From the human T2T-CHM13v2.0 reference genome, Homo sapiens, in assembly GCF_009914755.1 (NCBI RefSeq), contig NC_060947.1: 64,000 bases of DNA, one strand, 5' to 3'. The position numbers and the translations under genes are program-made. Shown piece after piece: positions 29,888-45,204 of the stretch (position 1 is the first letter of the stretch; each line of letters begins with the position of its first letter). Below the pieces are notes generated by a model that saw only the letters and a list, made by a program, of their open reading frames with translations, did no database searches and was not told the DNA's origin.

Positions 29888-30218
29888 CAGTTGGTACTCT
29901 GTATCTGTGGGTTCCACATCCAAAAATTCAACTGACTTCAAATTAAATATATTCAAAAGAATAAACTTTAAAAGTTACAATACTTTTAAAACAATAAAAA
30001 TAATGCAAATAAAAAATAAAGTATAACAACCATTTACATAGCATTTACCTTGTATTAGGTATTACAAGTAATTTAGAAATGATTTAAAGTATGTGGGAGG
30101 ATGTGCATAGGTTATATGCAAATATTATGCCATTTTATGTAAGGGACTTGAGCATCTGTGGACTTGGTATTTATGGGAGATCCTGGAACCAATATTCTGT
30201 GGATACCAGGCGATGACT
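29888..30218 (-). mobile_element. MER2-type Tigger element
   Basis: cagttggtactctgtatctgtgggttccacatc...tcctggaaccaatattctgtggatacc. Confidence 0.8.
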
Positions 30219-30824
30219 CTCTCTTTCTCTCTCTCTCTTATGTGTGTGTGTATATACATATACACATATATACACATATGTATATATACACATGTGTGTC
30301 TGTATATGTATATATAACATCATCATAATCAACATAACGATTATGTCCATCACCCCCCAAAATTTCCTCATGTCACAATAGATCAGTTTGCATTTTCAGG
30401 TTTTGGGGTTTGTTTTTGCAACTGGGAAGTTATTTTCATTGTTTTCATTTCTTTCTCTTCCAATTTAACCACCTCCTCTCCTCTCTTTTTTTTTTGTGGT
30501 AAAATATATATAGCATAAAATTTGCCATTTTAATTATTTTAAGTGTACAATTCAGTGGCATTAATTGTATTCACAGTGTTGTACAATCATCATCACTATC
30601 TATTTCCAAAACATTCTTATCAACCCAAGTAGGTACTCTGTAAGCATTAAGCAATTAACTCCCCATTCTCCCGCACCCCAGATGCTGGTAACTACTAATT
30701 TACTTTCTATCTCTGTGAATTTGCCTTTTGTAGATATTTCACATAAGTGGGATCATAAAATATTTGTCCTTTGTGTCAGGCTTATTTCACTCAGCATAGC
30801 GTTTTCAGTGTGCACCCATGTTGA

Positions 30825-31263
<439 letters not shown>

Positions 31264-31732
31264 TAATGCTGCAGTGAATAGTAGTGTATAAGTATCTGTT
31301 TGAAAACTATTTTCAATTCTTTTGGATATATATCTAGAAATAGAATTACTGGGTCACATGGTAATTCTACGTTTAGATGTTTGAGGAAGCATCAAACTAT
31401 CTTATACAGTAATTGAACCATTTCACATTCCCACCAGCAATGTATGAGAGTTCCAATTTATCCGCATCTTTGCCAACACTGAATATTTTCCATTTTCTTA
31501 AATTACAGTCATCCTAGTAGGTATAAAGAGGCATCTCATTGTGACTTTCATTTGCATTTTCCTAATGACTAATGATATTGAACATTTTTATATGTTTGTT
31601 GCCATTTATATATCTTCTTTGAGGAAATATCTACTCAAGTCCTTCTCACATTTTTAAACTGGGTTGTTTATGTTGTTAAGTTGTAGGTTTTCTTTGTATA
31701 TTCTGAATATCAAACACTTCTCAGATATATGA

Positions 31733-32068
<336 letters not shown>

Positions 32069-34239
32069 TTACTTTCTTAATAACACCCTTTAATGCACAA
32101 AAGTTTTAAATTTTGAGGAAATCCAATTTAGTAATTTTTTCTTTTGCTGCTCATGCTTTTGGTGGCATATCTAAGAATCCATTACCAAATCTGAGGTTAT
32201 GAAGATTTACTTCCATGTTTTAAGTATTTTATGATTTTTTACTCTTGTATTTAAGTCATTGATCAGTTTTGAGTTAATTTTTGTACATGGTTTGAGGTAG
32301 GAGTGCAAAGCCCTTTTCTTCGCATGTAGAAATCTAGTTGTCCCAACACCATGTACTGAAGAGACTATTTATTTCCCCATTGAATAGGCTTGACAACCTT
32401 GTCAAAAATCAACTGGGTATAGATGTATAGGTTTATTTATGGGCTCTCAATTCTATTCCATTGATCTATATTTCTCTCATTATGCCAGTAGCACACTGTT
32501 TTGATTACTGTAGCCTTTTAGGCAGATTTGAAGTCTGGAATGTGAGTCCTCCAACTTTGTTCTTTTAGAAGATTATTTTGGCTATTCAGGGCCCTTGCAG
32601 CTCCATATGAATTTGAGGATATGCTTTCCCATTTTTGTAAAGAAAAGGGGAGCTGTTGGAATTTTGGTAGATACTGTGTTGAATCTGTAAGTCTCTTTGG
32701 GTAGTACTGGCATCATAAAAATATTAAGTCTTCTTACCCATGAATATGAGATGTCTTTCCATTTATTTAAGTCTTTAATTTCTTTCAGCCATGTTTTATA
32801 ATTTTCACTGCACAAGTCTTTCACCTGCTTGGTTAAATTTATTCCTAGGTATTTTATTCTTTTAGATGCTACTGTAAGTGAAATTGCCTTCTTAATTTCT
32901 TTTTCAGATTGTCCATTGCAGGTATATAGAAACATAACTGATTTTTTCTGTGTTTGTCCTGTACCTGGCAGCTTTGCTGAATTCTTTAATTAGCTTTATT
33001 AGCTGTCTTCTGGTTTCCTTGGCACTTTATATACATTGGATCATATTATCTCCAAGTAGAGATAGTTTTACTTATTTCTTTTCAATTTAGATGCCCTGAA
33101 TTTCTTTTTCTTGTTTAATTTATCTGGCTAGAATTTTCAATACAATGTTGAATAGCAGTAGTGGGAGTGGGTATCTTTGTCTTGTTCCTGATTTTAAAGG
33201 GAAAGTTTTCAGTTTCTCACAATTCAGTATGGAATTCATTATGGGTTTGTGTAAATGCCCTGTAACATGTTGAGGAAGTTCTCTTCTATTCCTAGTTCTG
33301 AGAGTTTTTTTTTATCATAAAAGAGTATTGGATTTTGCAAATGCTTTCTCTGCATCATTGGAGACGATCATGTGGATTTTTCTCCCATCTATTAATGTGT
33401 TTTATTACATTGATTGATTTTTCTCTACATTGTGCCACTCTTGCATTCCTGGGATAAATAAGTTTAGGTAGTTTGTGTGTTTCAAATAATTTATCTATTT
33501 CATCTAGGTTATTAAATACTTTGGTGTACAATTGTTCATAGTATTCTTTTATAATCCATTTTTATTTCTGTAAGATTAGTAGTAATGTCCCCACTTGATT
33601 ATTTTATTTATTTATGTCTTCTCTCTTTTTCTCCATCAGATAGGTAAATATTTGTTAATTTTATTGACCTTTTTAAAGAACTAACTTTGGGTTTCATTGA
33701 TTCTCTCTTTTTGTTTTTCTATTCTCTGTTTTCTTTTTCTCCACTCTAGTCTTATTTCCTTCCTTCTGTTAGCTTTTGTTTTAGTTTTCTCTTCTTTCTC
33801 TAGTTCTTCAAGGCATAAAGTTAGGTTACTGATTTGAGATATTCTTTCTTTTTTAGTGTAAGCATTTACAGCTATAAATTTTCCTCTAGGCACTGCCTTT
33901 TCTGCATCCCATAAGTTTTGGTATGTTGTGTGTGTTCACTGAAGTGTCTGCTCCCTAGCTTATATTCAGCTACTAGTGTTTTGACAGCGATTTCCTTGAA
34001 TGTCCATAGCTCAAAATAAACAAACAAATAAAGAAATACCTTTCGCAATCTTTGCAGACTGGCTAATGATCAGCCCAAGCTGAAAGCTTAGGGGCATCTC
34101 AGCTCTTTTCTGAGCATGTGCCTCTCCCTAGGCATGCATGTGGCCTTCTTAATTCTTCTGTATGAGTGGCACTTTTGAATGTTTGAATTTCCCAAAGAAA
34201 CTCTCCCCAGCTTTTATTCTCAGGCCGTGGGCAATCTAA

Positions 34240-34273
<34 letters not shown>

Positions 34274-34594
34274 AAATATATATAATAAATATATAATATA
34301 TATATATTTAGAGACAGGATCTCACTCTGTCACCCAGGCTGGAGTGCAGTAGCTCACTGGATCCTTGAACTCCTGGACTCAAGTGATTCTCAAGTGATTC
34401 TCCTGCCTCACCCTCCCGAGTAGCTGAATCTACAGGTGCACACCACCACACCCAGCTATTTATTTTTTATTTTTTGCAGAGATGGAGGTCTCACTGTGTT
34501 GCTCAGAGTGGTCTTGAACTCCTGGGTTCAAGCAATCCTCCCACCTCCACTTCTCAAAGTGCTAGGGTTACAAGTGTGAGTCACTGTGCCTGAC
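34240..34594 (-). mobile_element. Alu (AluJ-like) with AT-microsatellite tail
   Basis: Antisense Alu preceded by a (TA)n-rich run at 34240-34308. Confidence 0.9.
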
Positions 34595-35014
34595 TAATTG
34601 TAAATTTTAAAAGTAATATTTTGGCTGAGGCATCTGTGGGTTGCCAGTTCAACTTTCAGTGTTTTCAAGCAATGAGAAATGCTTTTTCAGCCTGAATTTC
34701 AAGCCAGGTGAAACAGAGATGAGCACCTTGTGTCTATCCTTCAGGTAGCCCCTAGACAGGTTAGAATAGACATACTCAGTAGTTTGGAAATAAGATCTCT
34801 GCTTCTCTTTCTGGAACCAGGGACCAAGATCCTATACTGGGAATGCGAGCTAAGACTACTGCCGCACAGAGGAGAAGGTGAGGGAAGGGCAAGTAAAAGT
34901 GCCACAGAGCTTCCCTACCACTTTGAAGTTGCATTTTTCATAATTAAGCATTCACTTGATTGGTTGTTGTAAACCCTTAATTGTTTTACAGAATTCTGAT
35001 AAACTGGTTCTTCT

Positions 35015-35670
35015 TTTTTTAAAAATTAGTATTTTTGGGTACATAGTAGATGTATACATTTATGGGGTACATGAGATATTTTAATATAGGCATACAATGC
35101 GTAATAATCATTGTTATAATTTGGACATTTGTCCCCACCCAAGCCTCATGTTGAATTATAATTCCCAGTGTAGGAGGTGGGGCCTGGTGGAAGGTGATTG
35201 GATCATGGGGGCAGATCCCTCATGGCTTGGTGCTCTCCTCGCTATAGTGAGTGAGTTCTTGTGAGATCTGGTCCTTTAAAAGTGTGTGGCACCTCTCCCC
35301 CGCTCCCTCAACCCCACCACTCTCTCACTCTTGCTTCTGCTTTTGCCATGTGATGTGCCTGTTCCTGCTTCACCTTCTGCCATGAGTATAAGCTCCCTGA
35401 GGCCTCCCCAGAAGCCACGTGATGCCAGTGCCATGATTTTACAGCCTGCAGAACAGTGAATCAATTAAATCTCTTTTTAAAATAAATTACCCAGTCACAA
35501 ATATTTCTTTATAACAATGCAAGAATGGCCTAAAACAGTCACATCAGGGTAAATGTGGTATCCATCACCTCAAGTATTTATCTTTTCCTTGTGTTACAAA
35601 CGATCCCATTATACTCTTTTAGTTATCTTAAAGTGTATGATAAATTATTGTTGACTGTAGTCACCCTATT
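35015..35670 (-). mobile_element. L1MA 3' end split by an MST LTR
   Basis: gggtacatagtagatgtatacatttatggggtacatgagatatttt...atccatcacctcaagtattta. Confidence 0.75.
35112..35537 (+). mobile_element. MST (MSTB-like) MaLR solo LTR
   Basis: tgttataatttggacatttgtccccaccc...ggaggtggggcctggtggaaggtgattggatcatggggg...caatgcaagaatggcctaaaaca. Confidence 0.85.
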
Positions 35671-37769
35671 GATTCTGATAATATTTGCTTTCTTTATGAT
35701 GTTTTTGTTAAAGGACAGAACTTCTGTAAGCCGTCTAGGTGATTCTGATGCAAGATCTTGTTTGAGAACCTCTGGTCTGACCTGCAATATGGCCTATAAC
35801 CTGTGGCTCATTTTCCTAATGCCGTAGCTAGAAACTTTGTGGCAATATCTGGCAGCACTGTATCAGGATTCTTTGAGAAATCCAGAACAGGTGTCCAGTA
35901 GTGAGTTGACCTCCACTCGTGTCTCCCTTTCCTACTGCTCCCAAGTGGAGAAGACAGTCATGTCACTCACCAGTGGCTCCACAGCCCTTATACTAGTGGA
36001 CTTTTACCTAGGTGAATCAATATCTGAGTAAATAAAGCCAGACCAGCTATGGCTGGACACAGATCTTGGCTTAACCCCATTCTACAGAGACAGGGTTGCT
36101 GGTCATAACAGCCATATAAAAGGCCATAGACCCCGAATTCAGAGATTGAAAGAAATTCAAGTAATTCTCAAATAAATGATGCTCTGGGGAAATGGAGACA
36201 CCTGAGTTTCCAAGTAGAAGAAGCTTGGATAATTGTTCTGTTTGTAAATGTGCAGGGTGAGGGCAAACTAGGGAATTTGTTCTGAAGCTTTTGCATAGCA
36301 AGCATACTATTTTGAATTAGGTTGTATGCTTTTCTGGGGACTTTGAGGGTGACTAATGGAGATCATAAGGAATTTAAAGTCCCAATCCTGCCCTAATGCC
36401 AACCCAGGTGTTTCTCCCCTAGCTGGCCCTAAATTCTCTTGGCCAATAATGACAAATCATGCAGAAATGGACTCGATTGGGTTGAGGAAAGAACTGGCCT
36501 GATGAGACAGCAAAAATCTCCAGCCTCACTGTCTAGGGTCAGAGTTCTCCTATATAAAAGTTAGAGATGAAAAGTCTAAACTGGAGTCACCAGACTTGAA
36601 ATCGTGTACACTCAGACCCCTGCACTCACGTGGTTCCCTAAGAGACCACATGCCACACCCCACACACATGCTTTGAGCTGAGACACAGCATTATTCTACT
36701 CTAAAACAACAACAACAAAGCATTTATTTCCAAAAAAGGGACAAGGTCACGAGAAAAGGCCTATAATAATTAACTAACTCAATGGAAAACTCATTTTTAA
36801 AATACCCCCCATGGAGTTTTAGGACAAAACAACAGCTTAGTGAATGTTTGGTTACAGTTTATAGCTATTTCTTTCGCCCTTGATACACTACTGTGATTTT
36901 TCAGCTTTCTCTGCCAATCTTGCTCAGCACTAGTGGTTCTAAGATTAAAGTCCAGGTATGTAAATGGAATAGCCCTATTTGCAGCCTTGGTATGTGGGCT
37001 CTTCTGAGCCTAGTGGCCCCTTTTGTTCATTTTTGTCAGTTGTTAGCCTGGCAAAGGGAGTAGGAACTATACCAGTTAGAAAAGTAGAGCCTATATCAAA
37101 CGTTCAATAGATGAAATTTAATAGAGAAAACATGTTGGGAGGGCTGAAAGGCCGAAGAAGAGAAAGCGAGGCAAGTCAGAGATCAACAATAGTAGAAACC
37201 TGCTTACTACCACTAGGGCTGCAAGAAGACAGGAAAGAGGTAGTGTTACTATAGCTCAGGTGCCAAGTTCATTGCAGAGACTGCCAGGTAAAAGCTATAA
37301 CAATGGAGGGAAAGTTTGTCATCAGAAACTAGAACTTAGGAGTAGACCCAGCCACAGCTAGAGATGCCACTTGAATTAGACGACACTGCTGGATACCTTT
37401 TGATTTTGACCAAGCAGCATCCATTCTCACTTCTTGTGATACCTACGCCATGATTTTCCTTTCCAGGGAACTCTTCCTAACCCATTGGGTACAGTTTTAG
37501 TAGTACTGTCAATCAGGGTGCTATGTCCAACCCTAGCCAAGGCATGGGTGGGCATATAATATAAAGTATGTCAAACACACCCTCTCTCAGGAATTTGAAT
37601 CTTGAGAATAAGGACAGAAAAATGTTGGAACTGTTTCAGCCATACTGTGGTACCTTGAAAAGACCATGCCTCTTTTCCTATATACCTAGATCCCCAGAGA
37701 CACTCTAGTTTGTATTTTATCCCTCCTCAAGTCTTTATCAATTTAGCCCAAGTTTTCGTAAGTCTGAAA

Positions 37770-38170
37770 AGTTTGAACTACAATGTTTGCCATGCCCCCA
37801 TACACCAAGTCCTTGTTTACAATCCTCAGAATGCCCTTATATGCCTCTGTGGCCTTAAGAGTGTCTACTCATCATTCAATAACCAACCCAGATATAACTT
37901 CTGTGAAATCTTTCCCAGTCCCTACCCTCTCAAGAAAAGTTTAGCACTTATCTCCTCTAGTTTCCCATGACACTCTATACATATTTCCGTTTCAGTACTT
38001 ATCATATTGAATTATTTTATGTTTACTTGTCGGTCTCCCTTCTAGATTGTGAGGTTAAGGGCAGGACCATGTCTTATTTTAACTGAGGATTCTCAGTACC
38101 TAGCTGCTTGGCACATAGTAAATGCTTATTAAAACATTTGTATGAATGTATGAATAAATAAATGGATAAT
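37770..38170. mobile_element. L2 3' fragment
   Basis: ctagattgtgagg...gggcaggaccatgtctt...tggcacatagtaaatgc...tgaatgtatgaataaat. Confidence 0.65.
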
Positions 38171-38521
38171 ATAGCCAGCATATCTCCATTCAATTATAGT
38201 ACAAGCCAGAGTTCTTTCTTTCTTTGCATTTAAAAGGGTTTGGAGCTCCTTAAGGGTTTAAAGGGGAGAAATGAGTCCAATATATGCTCCCAATAAGAAG
38301 AGATATAAAGAGATATTTTTATAAAGACAGGAGACAGAAATGACAGAAGGACATTATGGGGAGGAGACAGAGAGAATGTGAAGAGGGCAGTAAGGAGTAA
38401 CAGCCAATTACAAGGCTGTACAGGAAATACCATTTGGGGCATAGAGATATGCAGAGAGGTCTTAGTATTCCACTTGAGATGATGGCCAATATACTCCCTA
38501 GAGACTTGAGGGAGACAAGTC

Positions 38522-38918
38522 CAATGGTATGCTGGTAAATATTTAACAACCAGCTCTCTGGGGAAAAGGACTGTAATTTGTGGCATTTGTCATTTTCCTT
38601 CTTGTAAATACTACCACCATGGCCAATTTCAAGCTCTCCATGTGGCATCACTGAATGCAGAGTTGAGAAGAGATGCAAGCCATCATATAGGATTTCCGCC
38701 ATATAGATAAAAACAGATACAAATAACTTCAAAATCATAGATAACAGTAAATGTAGTAAAATAATTAATAAATGATGAGTGGGTATTTATTCTCTTTGAT
38801 TATAAGTTTATATAATTTAATTTGGAATAATGGTTGTATTTAATAGCCTCCTTGCGATCTTCCTGAAAATATAACTATCAGCTTTTATGAGCAGGTGTGG
38901 GCCAGTAACATACCACTG
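38522..38918 (-). mobile_element. MER63-type hAT-Blackjack element
   Basis: Imperfect TIRs caatggtatgctgg...acataccactg; internal aaatatttaacaacc. Confidence 0.75.
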
Positions 38919-39302
38919 CAGGTAGCTCTATCTGTGGACTACTTGGTGACTCAGATGCAGCCTGAATAGCTATAACAAAGTGAGATAAGGATTGCTGGTC
39001 AACTGTAGCTGTAATATGATCAAGAGGATCTAGGCCTACTAGGTGATTTCATGGTTCCCAGGAGAAAAACTCTACCTGGTAGCCTCAAGCACTAGATGGC
39101 CCCAAAACAGAATGCCTGTGATTCATTGTGTTATCTTCCTTAATGCTAAAAATTATCTTCATAATTCACTTTGAACTGGTGAGATAAACGACTTGTTCTG
39201 TTAAGAGCTGGATATCCCTGGACCAAGGTGGTCTTTATAGAGCTATGTTGAGAGCCATACTGTCTGATATTTGTGCAATCAACAATTTAACCTTCTTTAT
39301 AA

Positions 39303-39640
<338 letters not shown>

Positions 39641-39889
39641 AAATACTCTTCTTTTAATCAAATAGAGAAAATGGACACTGGTTCTGATTTGATGCATACA
39701 AGAAAAAGGTGGTAGCAATTACGATCTGCCAGAAAAGTCTCACCTTTGCAAACTCAAGTTGTCTTTGTGGTGAATTGGGCATATTACTAGTTCCTCATTT
39801 CAACATTATATTTTTGATCTTCCTTAATTTTGGGTTCCATCCTCACAGGACATTTTTAGTACTGAAAAGAACAAAAAGGAAATACAGCT

Positions 39890-40145
39890 CAATACCTGGT
39901 ATTGTAATTATAAATGCACCTACTACATGCTAAGCATGCTATTATACATCATCTCATTTAATCCTGAAAACAAAAACCAACTGGTGGGCACTATCATTTC
40001 CCCATCCTATAAATGAGGAAGTTGCAAATCAGGAAGGCCAAGTACCTTGCCCAAGATCACACAGCTTATGAGAGGAGAGCTGAGATTTGAAGCCAGATTT
40101 GTCTGAAACCCAAGTCTCCCAGGCTTTTGCACTACACCATGCTGC
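39890..40145 (-). mobile_element. MIR SINE
   Basis: ccttgcccaagatcacacagct...gagctgagatttgaagccag. Confidence 0.8.
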
Positions 40146-41699
40146 TTGAAGAGCCCTCTCCATTTCAGGAGGCTAGTCTTGGAGATTGGGTGGTCTGTGC
40201 ACAATATCAAAGGATAAATAGAAAGGCATGTGTCTTTCTGGAGAGTCACATGGGAATTCTGAATTCAGGGCCATAAGATTTAAAAGCACAATTCAGTACC
40301 CCACCTCCTTATATCAAACATATGGCCAATCTTAAGAGAACTTTAAACAAATATCTCCCTTTAAAAGCTGATACTTTAGGGCAACTTTGAAGCAAGCCAT
40401 TGGATACAATTAGATATCTTTGTTTCCTTTCTTTTATCCTTAATTCCCTTTCCTTGCCATATTTTGGAAAGGAATGCCTTTCCTGGCAGGCTAGCCTGCA
40501 CTTCTTGCTCAGCCTCAAAATCTCTTCAGCCTTCATCTCTGCTGTCAGATAGAAATTTCCTTTCTATTTTGTCTCTCCCTCTCATAGCCTGAAAGAACAC
40601 GTTAAGTGGAGGCAAGGAGGTAAAGGAGAGAAAGGTGATTTCTCTCCTCTAACATTTCTTCCTTCTTCCCTTCCATGAGTAAAAGAAAAAATGCCCCACT
40701 TATTAGGTTTACTCCAGTCATACAAAGTTTTATAGCCGTTTTGCCGGGACAGTTTTTCCTTGTGTGTGTGTATTTCCACCCCCGCTTCCCTATTAGAGTT
40801 CACTTCGCATTCCATCCTTCCACAAGAGTGCCTCAAGCAGGGAGTTGCTTACATACATTGCTGAGGTTACTGCTAAATTTCTTAGCTAGTTCCCCCTAGA
40901 AACAACTGACATATTTACAAACTGCTCTAGAAAATTGAAAGAGACCATATGTATTCCATCTGAACTAAATAATTCGAATAAAATTTGAACTGAAAATTAA
41001 ACCAGTTTTATTACAAGGCCCCTTCTATCTTCCTTTTTATTAGTGTCCTCTTCTCTTCCCAGCATCTCCCTTTCTCTGTTGCTAGGTGTTCTTCCCCCTG
41101 CAGCTCTGTCAGGAGCCCAAGAGCCCCTACCCCTAACCCCACCTCGACATTAAAACAAAACTGGCTGGAAGCGTGTAGACCAGTGGTCAGTGATTCTCAA
41201 CTCTGATTGCATGATGGAATCATCTGGGGACTTAGGAAAATCAATTGTCTATGGTGGAGCCTGGATATCAGTATTGTTTCAAAGCATCCTAAATGATGAC
41301 TATAATCCTATGGTCTGGCCTGTCTTTCCCACCCCAACTTTTTCCCTACAAAAATTTGTTCTAATCTATCAATTACTTGGGAAAAGATCTAATCAATTCA
41401 CCTGCAAAACGACATTGAAAACTGGCAGAAGCTTAATGTGCTAGTGTGTCAGTGGGATTTTCATTTTGATTATAAATTTTTTTTTAAAAAACTCTCACAG
41501 CAGAAATTCAGGCATGCAGGGATATTTTTGGGTTGGAGGTTTCCCAGTCCCCAGTCCATATTATATAGGTTAGTATTTTCCATGCTTTTGATACACACAC
41601 ACACACACATACACACACACACACACAAATATCCATTACAAGCTTTAAGAACAAGTAAACTGACTTTTAAAAATCAATGATAATAATTTTATTATAATG

Positions 41700-43620
41700 A
41701 TGACAATAATTTCTTTGCAATATTTCACCATGACACCTATATCTAGATAAATAATGACTGAGTTATAGGTTAGATTTGATATCCCTTTGGGTTCTTTTCT
41801 TAGCTGTATTTTCACTAAAAAAGAAAATTTTGATCCATGAATTTAAGTTGTTGGGAATGGCAGTGAGTATTTGGTGGCTTTGACAGACAGTTTTGGGTAT
41901 TTATATTTGAATGGAACATTAACCTAGAAATTATAGAATGATTTCTCACTAAAGACTACTTTCAATACTTCATTAGACAGGAAAATAATAAGCATTTCAC
42001 AATTAAAAGCTGAAAGGTTTAAATGTTTCAACTTGGAAGATGAATCTAATTATTTCTTTGATTACATATAGCTCTGAAAGGTGTTTTTTTCACATTTTGT
42101 TACAGCATGTGGATGAAGTTTTTTAAAAATGCCAAATTATCTTATTCATTAAGGGAAGATAATCATCAAATCAAAACTATTGCTGATTAAACCATTTGTA
42201 TCACATTTAAGTAATCCAAAGAAATCCTGATATCATAACATTTAATATTTAAGCCCTGAAGTGATAAGCTCAGGCTGTTGAAAATACAGAATGTATTGCC
42301 AAGTTATACCTCTTGAACAATTCAATTGAAATCATACAGATAATCTTTTCTGGTGTTATCACTGTTGTGAAGAAATGCTTTATGCTTCACCCTTCAAAAA
42401 ACTTGGGAGAATATCTTTCTCCTTGATAGCTCTCATAAATCAGTGTGAAAAAATAGATCTGTCCTATGCTATCCATTTCTTCACTTAGCATCATGAAAAG
42501 ATGAACATTTGATAGGAGATACATTGTCATAACTCCAATATTGATTCTTTTCTTCAACACTGAATCAAAGCCATGAGAGATATTATCAACCACTAATGTT
42601 TCTTTGACCACAACTTAGTATGAATTGACATTCAGACACAACTTCTTTATTCATGTGGCTGCAGCATCCTTCCTTATTGTGTGCATAGCTGCTGCTTTGT
42701 CAATATTAATTTCAGCCTGATTTTTTCCAGTCTTGATTCACATATCACAAAATGATCTTTAAGATAGTAAATATTATCTTCTCTTGAAGGATTGTTTTTG
42801 AATGATACATGGAATAAATGTTCACTAGCATTTCTGTTGCATATGTGTATCAGATATGTCAATTGAAAATATCCCATAGCATGTTCACATTCATGTATTG
42901 TTCTTTAATTCAATAATATTATCCAACATATGATAGTGATAAAGGAATTGTGCCAAAAATTCATTCTGAACTTTTTCTGAATATAATAGTAGCCATAAAC
43001 TCTTTCATTAGCGTTATAAATTCTTGGAAATACTGTTAGAACTAGTGCATATACTCTAAGCAGTGAAATTTTGGTTGATGCCATTGTAGTTTGGGCCTGT
43101 TATCTCCCTTTAGTAATAATATGCATCAATGTAGTATGGAAAACCATTATTTCTGCTTTTTCTGGAAACATTTGACTGATTACCAGAGAGGTCCCTGTGC
43201 TTTGTATGAAAATGTTGTGAAAGCTATTGTGGCATCGCTGGATAAAGTTTTACAACAGACATAATCTTCACCCAATAAAAGTCAGTGTTTAGATATTCAT
43301 TGTTTTAATTTCTCCTTAATTTCTGAGGCATTTTAAATTTGTTATATTAAATCATAATATTTGCATATTTACCGGTCCCAATGCATATATCTTCATATTC
43401 TATATTTACCCCAAATTCAAGTTCACTATGTTTTTAATGTTACCTTTAGTTACTACTGATTTTCATAACTGCATTTGTACTTGAATGAACCACTTTTGAG
43501 CCATTGATACATTTGGGAAATTAGGGATAAAATGGAAAACATAGTAACCATGAAACATGAAAAATTAAGAATATAACCAATGACAAGAGCAAATGTTACA
43601 ACATGAACAACAACTTGTTA
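41700..43620 (-). mobile_element. Probable highly degraded hAT transposase relic
   Basis: AT-rich block without recognisable SINE/LINE motifs. Minus strand near 42690 encodes DKAAAM, resembling the hAT D-G-A-x-x-M motif. Weak evidence. Confidence 0.35.
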
Positions 43621-43634
43621 GCTAAATGTTACCC

Positions 43635-44850
43635 CAGATGAACCAATCATATCCATAACCTCACATACTTATCATTACTTTGTGGTGAGAACGTTTAAAA
43701 TCTACTCTTTTTGCAATTTGAAATATACATTATTATTAAATATAGTCATGCTGTGCAATAGATCACTAGAACTTATTCCTTTTGTGTAACTGAACTTTGT
43801 ACCCTTTGATTTGCATTTCCCTTTTCCCTGTCTATCCCCCACCCCCAGCCTCTGATAATCACCATTCTACTCTCTACTTCTATGAGTTTGACTTTTTAAA
43901 ATTCCACATATGAGTGAGATCATGTGGTATTTGTCTTTCTGTGGCTGGCTGATTTCACTTAGCATAATATCCTCTAGATTCATTCATTTTGTCGCAAATG
44001 ACAGGATTTCCTTTTTAAAAAAGGCTTTAGTATTTAATTATATACATATACCACATTTTCTTTTGTAAAAGTTTTCAATTTTAATTTTTGTTAGTAGTAG
44101 GTGTATATATTTATGGGGAACATGAGATGTTTGGATTCAAGCATGCAATGTAAAATAATCACATCATGGAGAATGGGGTATTCATTCCTTCAAGCATTTT
44201 TTTTTGTAGAGATAGGGTCTCCCTATGTTGCCCATGCTAGTCTCAAACTCTTGGGATCAAGTGAGGCTTCTGCCTCTGCCTCCCAAAGCACTGGGATTAC
44301 AGGTGTGAGCCACTGCACCCAGCCATTTATCCTTTGTGTTGCAAGCAATCCAATTACACCATTTTTAGTTATTTTAAAATGTACAATTTATTATTGACTA
44401 TAGCCACCCTGTTGTGCTGTCAATAGTAGGTCTTATTCATTCTTTCTAACTATTTTTTATACCCATTAACCATCCCCACCTCCCTCCCAGTTCCCCACTA
44501 CCCTTCCCAGCCTCTGGTAACCATGCTTCTACTCTCTATGTCCATGAGTTCTATTGTTTTGATTTTTAGATCCCACAAGTAACTGAGAACATATGATGTT
44601 TGTCTTTCTGTGCCTCGCTTATTTCACTTAACATAATGATCTCCAGTTTCATACATGTTGCAAATGATAGGATCTCATTCTTTTTATGGTTGAATAGTAA
44701 GTACTCCATTGTGTATAGGTACCACATTTTCTCTATCCTTTCATTCATTGATGGACACTTATATTGATTCCATATCTTGTCTATTATGAATAGTGCTGCA
44801 ATCTCTTCAACATACTGATTTCAATTCCTTTAGATATGTACCCAGTGCAT
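43635..44850 (-). mobile_element. Nested L1MA-type 3' fragments
   Basis: Antisense L1 3'UTR/ORF2 end; ORF 44566-44748 (KMWYLYTMEY..KKNEILSFA). Confidence 0.85.
44197..44325 (-). mobile_element. Alu monomer (FLAM-like)
   Basis: Single antisense Alu left arm with poly-T head. Confidence 0.85.
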
Positions 44851-44925
44851 TCCTTGTATATGCACATGTACGTAATATGCATACGTATACAAGGAATGCA
44901 CTGGGTACATATCTAAAGGAATTGA
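44821..44925. repeat. Perfect inverted repeat: 40-bp arms, 25-nt spacer
   Basis: 44821-44860 is the exact reverse complement of 44886-44925. Confidence 0.97.
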
Positions 44926-45204
44926 GAGCCTATTAAGGCCATATTGGGATTTATAGAAAAAATCATGATTAGCCATATATAAGCTTGCCATTATATCCCA
45001 CAAGAGAGCATAGCATGTAAACACATTTCATTACCAGAAAGAAAAATATCACATACATGGGAAACTGAGTCTTAGAGAGGCAAAATGACTTACCCAAAGT
45101 TTTACGAGTCTGAATCAAGCCCAAGTTGCCCAAGTTGGGCATTTATATACCTCACTGTAGTACTTCTCAGACACCAGTATCAGCATCAACTCCTTTGGCA
45201 TTGA

